A stretch of 64,000 bases of DNA, from the sequence record phage_1. One strand, 5' to 3'. The translations under genes and the position numbers were made by a program. The notes under the pieces are model-generated. The model was not told the origin of the DNA, did no database searches, and saw nothing but the letters and a program-made list of their open reading frames with translations. Each line of letters begins with the position of its first letter. The stretch's first letter is position 1. Shown piece after piece: positions 25,251-34,794 of this stretch.

Positions 25251-26885
25251 ATGAAAATTATGAAGATTAAAGACCGGATGACAATCGAGCATCATGGTCA
25301 AGAGGTCACATTTATTGGCTTACGTTATCGGAAGGATAACAACGCACCCGACTACATCACTGTTAAAGGTAAACAGATTGCACGCGACAACATTCTCTTC
25401 ATGGAATTACAACGCGTGTGGGATTATTTAACGCCAGACGAACAAGATGAACTGTTCATGGCGTATCTGATGCTGGACGAGCTGGCAAACGAATCGACGG
25501 AAACGCAGCGTAAGCACATGCCGAAGATTGTGCAGACGATTGCGAAGTTCCACAAGGCCGAAGTGTATCGTAAGCTGTATCCCATCGATAAGCTGTGGAT
25601 TCCGCAGAACATGGAAGATACGCACGATGAAATGAACAGTAATTATCCGGAAGCGATGACGTACATTCGTCCGGACTATTACGAGTTGTTGATACTGGTC
25701 CTGATGATTAAACCGTATATTCCGGTGTTCCTCACCATGGGGACGTTCCCGATAGGTAAGAACTTGCCAATCGAAACACATCGGAAAATGGTGTACAATC
25801 TGACATACTGTCTGGAGATGCTTCAAGACACAGAAGTCATGTCTTTACCTGCTATTCCGAAACTGCGTGGGTTCCTACAGACAGTGATGGAAAAGGTAGA
25901 AAAAGAACTGGCAAACAAAGGTACGAACAGCACCAGTTTGTCGGTACTAGCTACGGTGCGGGGCTATGGCACGGATATGATGGAAGATTATATCCTGGCG
26001 TATGCTATTATTAAATTGTTGGCTGTCCGTGAAGTCGGTGGTGAATTACCGGTTGAAATCATGGTTAACAACAATATCGTCACCGGCATGTATTTTCTGG
26101 TTAAACAAGAGATTGAAACAGGTTTTGCAAACAAAATCTCTAACCAGCCGGTGCTGTTAAAAGCGCATCCGGAAAGTGTGGTATTCAATGGCGAAAAGGG
26201 TAAGATAAACGCCATGGATTTGGTGCAGGCACGTTCTCCTGCACAGATGAAAGAATACGTCCGTACCGAGTACGTATTTAAAGAATACCGCTCTTTCTTG
26301 AAAACAATGCGTCTGGATAATGCCGCTCCAGCAGATGTTAAGTTATTGATTGATTCGCAACTGGCAACACATGACGGTCCTGTCTATACGTTGCACGAAT
26401 GGTTAGTCGCATTAGCACTCCATCGTAGCGTGCATTATAAGACGTATACTGAATGTGGACCAGAAGCGTTTCGCTACGGTATGGCGTTGGCACAGGCAAC
26501 TTATCTCAATTATGGAATGTATGACGTTGCGCAACTGTTAAGTTGCAATATGGTGCGTTCTGAGATGTCTGCCGGTTATGCAGCCGACCCAATTCGATCT
26601 GAACTCAAAGCAGATTTAGATAGATATTATCTTCAGGAGTATCGCAACCCGCGTAATCTCGAACCGCAATCTACACCACGGGAATCACTGACCTTGTTAC
26701 ACAAGGATCACATCAACCCGTATCTGTTCCATCTCAGGGCTACACCAGAAGCAGCTGCGCTGCTGAAGTGTGAGACGGATCAGCCAAACTATATACCTCA
26801 CTTGTCACTGCACAATAGCCTGGCGGAGTTTATGGTGTTGAATGCACGTCGCAAGTTAGAAGAAGTTGAATGGTTTAATTCTTAA
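25251..26885 (+). CDS. Non-virion RNAP promoter-specificity subunit (phiKZ gp68-like)
   Basis: 544 aa; size and synteny between the chmC-like and picA-like genes. No diagnostic motif. Confidence 0.65.
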   Translation: MKIMKIKDRMTIEHHGQEVTFIGLRYRKDNNAPDYITVKGKQIARDNILFMELQRVWDYLTPDEQDELFMAYLMLDELANESTETQRKHMPKIVQTIAKFHKAEVYRKLYPIDKLWIPQNMEDTHDEMNSNYPEAMTYIRPDYYELLILVLMIKPYIPVFLTMGTFPIGKNLPIETHRKMVYNLTYCLEMLQDTEVMSLPAIPKLRGFLQTVMEKVEKELANKGTNSTSLSVLATVRGYGTDMMEDYILAYAIIKLLAVREVGGELPVEIMVNNNIVTGMYFLVKQEIETGFANKISNQPVLLKAHPESVVFNGEKGKINAMDLVQARSPAQMKEYVRTEYVFKEYRSFLKTMRLDNAAPADVKLLIDSQLATHDGPVYTLHEWLVALALHRSVHYKTYTECGPEAFRYGMALAQATYLNYGMYDVAQLLSCNMVRSEMSAGYAADPIRSELKADLDRYYLQEYRNPRNLEPQSTPRESLTLLHKDHINPYLFHLRATPEAAALLKCETDQPNYIPHLSLHNSLAEFMVLNARRKLEEVEWFNS

Positions 26886-26897
26886 GGAGTATTTAAA

Positions 26898-28598
26898 ATG
26901 CAGCTTGTAAATCTACTGATGTATCCGGTCTACGATGTTCCAGAGCAAGTTCGTCGCCGCATCGGCTTTAACGCATCGACGGGTGCACTGGATGACTTAG
27001 CAGCAGCGGTTGAACTGGGCGGGGAAAAAGCTGTGGGAACACAGCAGTATCAAGAAGCATTATCTGCCATCGTGGGCTTCGATGGCACCCAGAATGGTTT
27101 TGAGCGTCCATTCATCAACGTGTCCGATGATGACAATCGTCCTGTACAGTTCCAATGGGAATCACGTGATACCGGTATCTTTAACTTCGTGGCGGTGTTT
27201 ATTGCTAAACCTCTGAATGCAACACGCACTCAGGAAACGCAATACATCGTATCCGGTTATACCAGTCAGGCAGAAACCAGCCTGGGTAGCTTGCTGCCGG
27301 ACGATATGGTGTTGTACATTAACGACATCTACGGCTTACAGGCAACGTATACACACGATGCCCTGGGCGGCAAAACATTGAACCCAGACTCATTCCGTCT
27401 ACTGGATAACTACGTTTTATCGAAAGCGCTGTCTGTTGAAGGTCAAACAGAAAGTACGGTAGATATCATTTCGATCGCGAAAGCGGCGGATATGGTAAAA
27501 CGTATTGAAATGAATAGCGGTGAGAAGTTCGTCCCAACGAGCGACTCTGTGCTATCCGCAACCAGTAGCTCTGCACCACAGTTGATGGTATCCCAACTCC
27601 AGCGTCCAGAAAACTACGTATCTGCCATCAGTAATGCGTATCTGGCAAGCTCTGGGGTAGATACCGAACTCGGTAGCGTGGAAAGCTTCTTTGCAGGTAA
27701 TAACTCCATCGGCGTTGAATCTGAATTGAAGCAACGTGGTGTTATCCGTAACTACAGCAACCACGAACTGATTGCTGCGATGCGTCAAGCACTCCAGAAC
27801 GGGATGTCTGATGTATCTGGCGGCTGGAAAGCAACCAGTAAGGCGACGTTCCGTTTGGCTGATTTGCGTAATGCGATTGTCAACCCAATGCGGTTGGATG
27901 AATGTATCCGTGAATCGCTGGCGCTGGCAAGTCGCCGTGGGTTGGGTGCAGGGCTGGTTAACCAAACCGACCACTGGATTGGACGTAATGGCTTCTCCAC
28001 GCAGGGTAGTCTAGTTGCGTATGATCTGGCTATGTCTATCGGGCCGATTATGTCACGTAACCTGATTGGTGAAGTGAGCTTTGTCTTTGATAACCGCAAC
28101 ACAGATATCATGATAGAGCCTACGCTGGAAGTTATTCCTAACTCAGTCAGCAGCATCACGCACCATCAGTTACCTGCTGCATTAGGTCGTCGTTTCTTGC
28201 AGAACATGAAAGAAGCGATGGTTCAGGTTACTAAACATAACCATATTCGCTGCCACATGCTGGTCACCGCATTGTTGGGGACCGTTACTCGTATTGAAAT
28301 CCGTGTCGACGACGAACCGCTGGAATATTACACCTACGCGTCGTTTATGCAATTCCGTCTCCATACCGGCAACACCACCGATCTCAAATACGTTGGTGAG
28401 CTGGCACAGAACACCGCAACGCTGTTGAAAGCCGTGGAAGAAGGTTATACAGAATTCGAGAAAGGCCAAGGCCGGGGTCGAATGCTATCTAACATTCCAA
28501 CTAACACAGGTGGCTTAGATCCTCTTGGAGGTCTTGACCTGGGTGGTGGCTTAGCCGGTTTAGGCGGAAACGGACTCGGCAACGGTCTCATTGATTAA
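26898..28598 (+). CDS. picA: PicA/Imp1-like phage-nucleus import protein (phiKZ gp69-like)
   Basis: Synteny directly after the gp68-like gene. AAGGAG SD, class A motif at 26618-26633, Gly/Leu-rich tail. Confidence 0.6.
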   Translation: MQLVNLLMYPVYDVPEQVRRRIGFNASTGALDDLAAAVELGGEKAVGTQQYQEALSAIVGFDGTQNGFERPFINVSDDDNRPVQFQWESRDTGIFNFVAVFIAKPLNATRTQETQYIVSGYTSQAETSLGSLLPDDMVLYINDIYGLQATYTHDALGGKTLNPDSFRLLDNYVLSKALSVEGQTESTVDIISIAKAADMVKRIEMNSGEKFVPTSDSVLSATSSSAPQLMVSQLQRPENYVSAISNAYLASSGVDTELGSVESFFAGNNSIGVESELKQRGVIRNYSNHELIAAMRQALQNGMSDVSGGWKATSKATFRLADLRNAIVNPMRLDECIRESLALASRRGLGAGLVNQTDHWIGRNGFSTQGSLVAYDLAMSIGPIMSRNLIGEVSFVFDNRNTDIMIEPTLEVIPNSVSSITHHQLPAALGRRFLQNMKEAMVQVTKHNHIRCHMLVTALLGTVTRIEIRVDDEPLEYYTYASFMQFRLHTGNTTDLKYVGELAQNTATLLKAVEEGYTEFEKGQGRGRMLSNIPTNTGGLDPLGGLDLGGGLAGLGGNGLGNGLID

Positions 28599-28610
28599 GG
28601 ATTATTAACC

Positions 28611-29978
28611 ATGAAATTGATTGAATTCTACCGTTCGTTTCTGACCTCGCTCGGATACGGATTCGAAGGTGACATGCTGACTATCGATGATGGTCATCCG
28701 GCAATGTTCACCTACAACAAAGTGAAGCGCCGCTTGGTGCTTCCAACTGCAGCGATGATTAAGCGTGGGTTGGAAGATGACGAAGGTAGTGAATGTCATG
28801 CGTTCCACCCGCTGTGTGAATCGGTGCTGGCTGGCGAATCTGGAACGATTCGTTTCCTGAAGAAAGCCATCAACGCGAACCTCTTCCTGAAAAGCTTCGA
28901 GTTAATCGATGCGATTTTGGAAACAGCAGCCGAAGGAAAAAATATCCGTCTGGCAGCGTACAAGAAGTTTTTAAGCGATGTGGTTTGTGCTGACCTGAAA
29001 GATCCAACGATGGATAAGAAACTGGTTCAGAGCTGGCACGCAGTGAAGAACTACGTTTACGGGTTGCTGGAAGAAGATAAAAAGACAAAGATCACCAGTA
29101 TCTTCATCTCCAGCGATATGACCATTGAAGGTATCAAATATATCCGTGTGGCGAACTACAAACACATGTTTGAAGAAGAGTCACTGGATGGTACGGCAAC
29201 ATTCTTCGGTGCCAAGCTCCAGCGTAAGCAGGATAAGGTCATTATCTTTAACCTGCTAACTGCAGTGTTTGGTTGGTATCCTTCGGTTACTGGTTCTAAC
29301 GATCCGCGTCCGTACTTCGGTTCTTTGGCACGCGGTTGGGCACAATACGTGACCAACTACAATCAAGTGGTTCGTGGTCTGCGTGACCACACTCCACTGC
29401 GTCCGTTAGAAGAAGAATGGATTGGCCAACTGGATAACATGAGCGTTTATGATAACGTTATCCAAACTCTGCCGTATAATACCGGCCCACGCACCGATCA
29501 GGCAACAGACACCACCGCAACGGATTTCCGTATCGGGCGTACACCTGCCGGCACAAAGCCGGTCGTTGCTTTAGCTTCTCAACAAGCTCCGCAGGAAAAT
29601 CTTGATCTCAACGATCCGGTAAACTATTTCCGTGCGAAGAAAGCGCAACAGGCGTCTTCAGCTAATAGCTTCAATGCGTTAGCACCGAAGATTCAGGAAG
29701 CGCTGCGTGAGAACAACGGCCATTTACCGAAAGGGACAATTAAAGAACTGTCTCTCGGTGAAGCGCTGCGTGGTAATGCGGTGACGAAAGAAAGTGGTCT
29801 GGGTTCTGGTTTGCTGGTAAGTAGTAATAATCTCTTGGGGGGTAGCACGCAGTTGGGCGGCGGTAGCACCAACCTCTTAGGAGGGAGTAGTGACGTGTTA
29901 GGTGGTCTGGGTGGTTTAGGTGGCGGAAGTAGCAGCAGTTTAGGCAACCTACCATTCTCATCAGCTAATTTACGTTAA
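28611..29978 (+). CDS. Conserved chimallivirus core protein (phiKZ gp70-like)
   Basis: AAGGA SD, synteny, long LGG-repeat tail. Confidence 0.7.
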   Translation: MKLIEFYRSFLTSLGYGFEGDMLTIDDGHPAMFTYNKVKRRLVLPTAAMIKRGLEDDEGSECHAFHPLCESVLAGESGTIRFLKKAINANLFLKSFELIDAILETAAEGKNIRLAAYKKFLSDVVCADLKDPTMDKKLVQSWHAVKNYVYGLLEEDKKTKITSIFISSDMTIEGIKYIRVANYKHMFEEESLDGTATFFGAKLQRKQDKVIIFNLLTAVFGWYPSVTGSNDPRPYFGSLARGWAQYVTNYNQVVRGLRDHTPLRPLEEEWIGQLDNMSVYDNVIQTLPYNTGPRTDQATDTTATDFRIGRTPAGTKPVVALASQQAPQENLDLNDPVNYFRAKKAQQASSANSFNALAPKIQEALRENNGHLPKGTIKELSLGEALRGNAVTKESGLGSGLLVSSNNLLGGSTQLGGGSTNLLGGSSDVLGGLGGLGGGSSSSLGNLPFSSANLR

Positions 29979-29983
29979 GCGTT

Positions 29984-30016
29984 AGAAAGAAGGGACTGGG
30001 CGTCCCTTCTTTTTTT
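29984..30016. terminator. Bidirectional terminator
   Basis: AGAAGGGAC-TGGGC-GTCCCTTCT plus T-run between convergent genes. Confidence 0.8.
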
Positions 30017-30339
30017 CAAGATTCTACGATAGTCGATAAGATGTTACTTACCACACCGACACTAGGAACCAATAAGGTCCTTATCTCTGGCGTGAAATCA
30101 AACGGAGTAGAAATTCCGTTCATTAACATCATCGGATAAATAATACTATTATCGTACTGTTTGAGACGACAGTACGCGTAGAAACTGTGTACCTCTGGGT
30201 AGGCATATTTTGGGTCAACAACTTCTTCTGTAGTATCTGGGTGTTTGCGAAGGAAGTCTGTATAGTCATGCAACACCTTATACTTGGTCGAATCAGGCGA
30301 AGGTATCATTTCGGATAAGGTAGCAAATTTATCTAGCAT
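30016..30339 (-). CDS. Small virion protein, possibly LysM / T4 gp53-like baseplate wedge
   Basis: GGAG SD. YPMMLMNGISTPFDF resembles the gp53/LysM pattern (weak). Confidence 0.55.
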   Translation of the reverse strand: MLDKFATLSEMIPSPDSTKYKVLHDYTDFLRKHPDTTEEVVDPKYAYPEVHSFYAYCRLKQYDNSIIYPMMLMNGISTPFDFTPEIRTLLVPSVGVVSNILSTIVES

Positions 30340-30360
30340 CGTCTCTCCTTAAAATAAAAC

Positions 30361-30376
30361 AGATAGATATTATCTT
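30361..30376 (+). promoter_or_regulatory. Class A phage promoter motif
   Basis: AGATAGATATTATCTT upstream of the RNAP beta gene. Confidence 0.7.
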
Positions 30377-30405
30377 ACCGAGGTAACCAAAAGGAGCATT
30401 TACGA

Positions 30406-32643
30406 ATGAAAACACCAGTCGAACTCATGTCAAGCGTTGCTGACCGTGAGGTGAATATCACTGGCGTATCTGGGGCACGTGCCTCAATGGTGGGTGGACA
30501 TATGAAGTCGGCGGTACCACTGGACAATCCAGATCCGACTATCCATTTTACCGGCGCTGATGTGAACTACCACGATTATTGTTTTAACGATATCGTGGAA
30601 GACAGTGGTACCGTGTGCAGTTACACAACCAAAGAAGGTGTTACTCGTGCAGCTGTTTTTGCACGCTATGGTCGTGAAGGGGATCACGATCCGCTCCAAC
30701 ATGTTATCTTCTTCACGCGCGCAGATTTAACCAACCAGCGCAAAGTGATGATTGATGTAATCGATATCAAGTATTACACCAACCACGATAACATTTTCTC
30801 GTCTAAGAAAGAGGCTACTGGGAAACTTCAGGCGTTGCTGCGCGGGCAGACTCAGCACCTGGAAAAAGATGAAATGCTTACCGTGCTGCCGGCACAGAAA
30901 GACGGTGAGTTTGTCGATGGGGTCAACCTGCACACCGTGACAATGTCGCACCCGGACATTATCGAGGACTCGTACACCATCTCCGAAACTGCAGCGAAGG
31001 CGATGCACGCTTATGGTTTGCGTGCAATTGACTTTACCCTCCGTGACGACGAGTACCTGCTTGACACGTATGGGACAACGGGTATTGATGGCGTTCGTCG
31101 ACCACAGTACCTACCCAATAAAGGACAGGCAATTCGTGATGATGGGTTGGTTATTGCCGCGCGCCGTTTCGATAAGCTATGGGCAGCCATTGACTCGCAC
31201 GTAGGTGAAACACAACATATCTCTCCGCACTTCGACCGTTGTGAGTATGTTGATGCTGACCCTGAGCATTACAAAGCGCGTCAGGCTGGCGACTTTGAAA
31301 AGATGGAACGTACTGGTTCTCGTGTCGTTGATATTCAGGTATGGCGGGACGAAACCAAATGCGATCGTGGTGTTAACAATATCGCATGTACCGAAGAGAA
31401 CAAACGCGAGTTAGATCACTACGCGAACGCTTTGAAACGTTTTTACAATGATATCGTGCGGTTCTATTTTGCGATGTCCAAGGACAAGAATATTGTCTGG
31501 TCACCGAAAGCGTTTGAGATTCTTGACAAGGCGTTCTGTTCTGAGACGTATGAAGTCTATAACGACTTCCGTGAAGAGATTGGTCGTGAATACGATGAAG
31601 CCATGCGTAAAGGTGAGTATAACCGTTCTGCTGATAAGAACGTGTTGAACAAACTGGCGCAGCCGGTTCAGCGTGGTCTCTGGGACCCAATTGGTAGCTA
31701 CACGATACGCATCGTGGTACGTTATCCAATCCCAGTTACCGTCTCATCGAAAATCACCGACCGTTCAGGTACAAAAGGTATCGTGGGCGCAGTGCGGCCT
31801 GATGAAGAAATGCCGATTAACGAGTTCGGAGAACGTGTGCATGTCATTCGTTCCATGAACGCCGTAATTCGTCGTTCGACTTATGCTGCGCTGTTCCACA
31901 TGTATTGGTCTGCTGCATCCGAGCAGTTGAAGATGCGGTTGAAACCATTACTTGCTGCCAACCAGGTTGATGAAGCCTGGGAAATCCTGATGGACTATAT
32001 CGATCGCTATAACCCACGCTGGACATTCTATCTCAATGCCAGTCACCCAGATACTGAGTCACGTCTGGAACTCTTTAAAGAGATTTACGACTTCACGATT
32101 CGTATCTGGCTTCCCCACGAATTGAATGCCACCCAGGTAGAAATCTGCCGTGCTCTAGGCGAGTATGCACCACGCAAGTCTAAGCTACTGATTACTAACT
32201 ATCAGGGTGAGAAAGAGTGGACGAAGAACCAGTTCTACGTCGGCATGGTAGAGACTCTGCGCCTGGATAAAACCGGTCGTGAGTTCTCCAGTATCTCATC
32301 GATGTACACGAACTATTTGGGTTGTATTGATGCATCCAACCAAGGACGTGGTTCATATCCGATTAACCTGAAAGGGTTGAAGTGGGGTGGTCCTTCCGAG
32401 CAGCGTCTTACCGACGGCTTTGGTCCGGGCAACTTCCCCGAAACTCATGACCGCGCTAATAACCCTGCGGTACACCGTGCGATCGTAACGGGGTTGTATA
32501 ACTCGCCAACACCAACCAATCCGGGGGTGCTGGTCGATCGTAAGAAACTGCCAATGGGAGATTCGCAGATTGACAGGATGATACGTAACATCCATCGCTG
32601 TGAAGGTTTTGAATTAGTGCGTCCAATTCGGGAGGATAAATAA
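30406..32643 (+). CDS. rpoB: Non-virion RNAP beta C-terminal subunit (phiKZ gp71-73-like), uninterrupted
   Basis: HMKSAVPL, EDSYTIS and SKITDRSGTKGIV (GDK..RHGNKG equivalent). Confidence 0.88.
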   Translation: MKTPVELMSSVADREVNITGVSGARASMVGGHMKSAVPLDNPDPTIHFTGADVNYHDYCFNDIVEDSGTVCSYTTKEGVTRAAVFARYGREGDHDPLQHVIFFTRADLTNQRKVMIDVIDIKYYTNHDNIFSSKKEATGKLQALLRGQTQHLEKDEMLTVLPAQKDGEFVDGVNLHTVTMSHPDIIEDSYTISETAAKAMHAYGLRAIDFTLRDDEYLLDTYGTTGIDGVRRPQYLPNKGQAIRDDGLVIAARRFDKLWAAIDSHVGETQHISPHFDRCEYVDADPEHYKARQAGDFEKMERTGSRVVDIQVWRDETKCDRGVNNIACTEENKRELDHYANALKRFYNDIVRFYFAMSKDKNIVWSPKAFEILDKAFCSETYEVYNDFREEIGREYDEAMRKGEYNRSADKNVLNKLAQPVQRGLWDPIGSYTIRIVVRYPIPVTVSSKITDRSGTKGIVGAVRPDEEMPINEFGERVHVIRSMNAVIRRSTYAALFHMYWSAASEQLKMRLKPLLAANQVDEAWEILMDYIDRYNPRWTFYLNASHPDTESRLELFKEIYDFTIRIWLPHELNATQVEICRALGEYAPRKSKLLITNYQGEKEWTKNQFYVGMVETLRLDKTGREFSSISSMYTNYLGCIDASNQGRGSYPINLKGLKWGGPSEQRLTDGFGPGNFPETHDRANNPAVHRAIVTGLYNSPTPTNPGVLVDRKKLPMGDSQIDRMIRNIHRCEGFELVRPIREDK

Positions 32644-34748
32644 TGGCGGGTCGTTCTGTACACGTGCGTGATTTGCGTATGCTTAACTCTGATCAGGTGT
32701 GGAAACTACGCGGGCGTTATTACGTGACATTCGACGATGGTAAGTCGTTGGAAATGTCTAGTCGCCACATCAAACTCAGCTGGCCGTATTGGGGTGTGTC
32801 GCGTCTGTATCCGCAGGTGCCCACTCCATCGACCATGGCGTATCGTCCAGGTCAGGTAGCAACAGATGACCTGCATCTGGACTTTATGTCGGAAGCAGCG
32901 GTACTGGCCCGTAAAGCAGGTGTCGACCTTGCTGAAACGCGTTATATCCTGAGTCAACATGTCTACGCCGATGCGTTCAACATGACAGTGAAGAACTTGC
33001 TGTCGTATTGTACGACAATCGACTTTGACACGATGATGGAGATCTACGACCACCCGAACTTCGAACTCATCCGTCAGTGGGAAGTGCAATACCCTACTGG
33101 CTACGATGAAGATGGTCAGGATATGGTTGAAGAAGCGTACAAGCTTATCGAGAAAATCTTCAAAGACCCTGCGCTACGGTATAACCCGGTCGTGATGTCG
33201 GTACTGGACGGTACTGTGAAGATGAACCAGGTACTGCAAGCCTTCGTGCGTGGTAAAACGTCAGAAATTGACTCACGTGTATACACCAATCAGGTGTGGG
33301 AAGGCTTCTTTACCGGAATGCACTCGGTTATTTCGCGTTTGAAAGAATCCGGTGCAACATCACGTTCCCACTTGTACAACACTGACAAGATTGCCGAAGC
33401 AGAATACGCCTCACGTAAACTGCAGCTGGCAGCAAACGTACTGATGTATTTCACGTACGACGACTGCGGTACAACTCACGCACACCGCTACACGTTTAAG
33501 GATACGCAGCTGGATGAGCGTGCCTATAAAGCGATGGTGGGGATGCGTTATCGTTTAGAAGGCGATAATGGTCCGTGGTTGAGATTTGAGAAAGGTGGAT
33601 ACGCAGACCTGGTTGGTAAACCGCTGGTCTTCCGTAGTGCAATGACCTGTAAAGAGATGGCGAATCAGTCCATCTGTGCGACCTGCATGGGGGATTTGAT
33701 TTATAACCTCTCTGAAGGCACGTCACCGGGTCACCTGGCATCCACTTCCATCTCAGAAAAGGGTACACAGGGAATTCTCTCCACCAAGCACCTTGACTTC
33801 TTGCGTTATCTGCTCAACCTGGTACTCACGCCGAGAATGCGTGAGTACATGACCGAATACAAACATAACTCTCTGAAAGGGTTGTGCTTGCTACCAAAAC
33901 CACAGCGTGGTAATTGGTCAGAATACGAGTTGGTCGTTACCGACAAAGTTTATTCGGAGCTGAGCCAGATTGCGTATCATGAAGATCTCGATGCAATCGA
34001 TGAAACAGCATTGCCGGAAATCACCGACTTGACATTCCAGCGTCGTTTAGAAGATGGGCAAATCATCGCTGCAGATTCTATCGATGTGCGAATGGGTGTT
34101 TGTGGGAACTTCTCTAAACCGTTCTTGCATTACTTCTTGAAACAACGTGCGAACATTCGTATCGAGAAGAAGACGGTTCAGATTCCTTTGAAAGGATGGA
34201 ACCCGAAACACCCGGTACTGGTCTACACCAACCGTTCTGAATCGATGGCAGAATTCGTGGCAGGGTTAGAAACCAAGCTACGTTCAATCGCAGCCGATAA
34301 GAACGAAGACATTGTGGAAATCATCAACACAGCCTCGACTGTGAAGTTGAACAAGAAACAAGGTCGTGTGAAACCGGTAACGTTGGTTGAAATGGGTGGT
34401 GCTACAGAGAAACAGTGTACTTATGCGTTGATGGATACGTTTAAGTACATCCAGCGTAAGCTGAGCGGTATACCGATGACGCACATTGCGATTATGTTGG
34501 CGATATCTCGTGTAGAGTCACCAACCAATCCGTTCCCGGCAGTAGGATTTGACAGTGAGGATTCTACTAATGCCACCGGGAAACGGTTTGTCGATCACAA
34601 CACGCTCATTAGTTTGCGCTCGGCAATTCCGATGTTGTTGTTTGAAGGACAGCAGGGGAATATCGATCGCGTTGGTTTTTATACCGAGTACAAAATCCCG
34701 GCATCGTTGTACGATGACCTAGGAGCCGCTGTGGTAATTGAGTTGTAA
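32643..34748 (+). CDS. rpoC: Non-virion RNAP beta-prime C-terminal subunit (phiKZ gp74-like)
   Basis: EYASRKL (bridge helix), DCGT, RSAMTC..ICATC (Zn) and SISEKGTQGILSTKH (trigger loop). Confidence 0.88.
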   Translation: MAGRSVHVRDLRMLNSDQVWKLRGRYYVTFDDGKSLEMSSRHIKLSWPYWGVSRLYPQVPTPSTMAYRPGQVATDDLHLDFMSEAAVLARKAGVDLAETRYILSQHVYADAFNMTVKNLLSYCTTIDFDTMMEIYDHPNFELIRQWEVQYPTGYDEDGQDMVEEAYKLIEKIFKDPALRYNPVVMSVLDGTVKMNQVLQAFVRGKTSEIDSRVYTNQVWEGFFTGMHSVISRLKESGATSRSHLYNTDKIAEAEYASRKLQLAANVLMYFTYDDCGTTHAHRYTFKDTQLDERAYKAMVGMRYRLEGDNGPWLRFEKGGYADLVGKPLVFRSAMTCKEMANQSICATCMGDLIYNLSEGTSPGHLASTSISEKGTQGILSTKHLDFLRYLLNLVLTPRMREYMTEYKHNSLKGLCLLPKPQRGNWSEYELVVTDKVYSELSQIAYHEDLDAIDETALPEITDLTFQRRLEDGQIIAADSIDVRMGVCGNFSKPFLHYFLKQRANIRIEKKTVQIPLKGWNPKHPVLVYTNRSESMAEFVAGLETKLRSIAADKNEDIVEIINTASTVKLNKKQGRVKPVTLVEMGGATEKQCTYALMDTFKYIQRKLSGIPMTHIAIMLAISRVESPTNPFPAVGFDSEDSTNATGKRFVDHNTLISLRSAIPMLLFEGQQGNIDRVGFYTEYKIPASLYDDLGAAVVIEL

Positions 34749-34751
34749 ACC

Positions 34752-34777
34752 GAGGGGCCTTGCGCCCCTCTTTTTTT
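34752..34777 (+). terminator. Intrinsic terminator
   Basis: GAGGGGC-CTTGC-GCCCCTC plus T7. Confidence 0.85.
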
Positions 34778-34794
34778 GGGCGAAGAGGGGCAGC

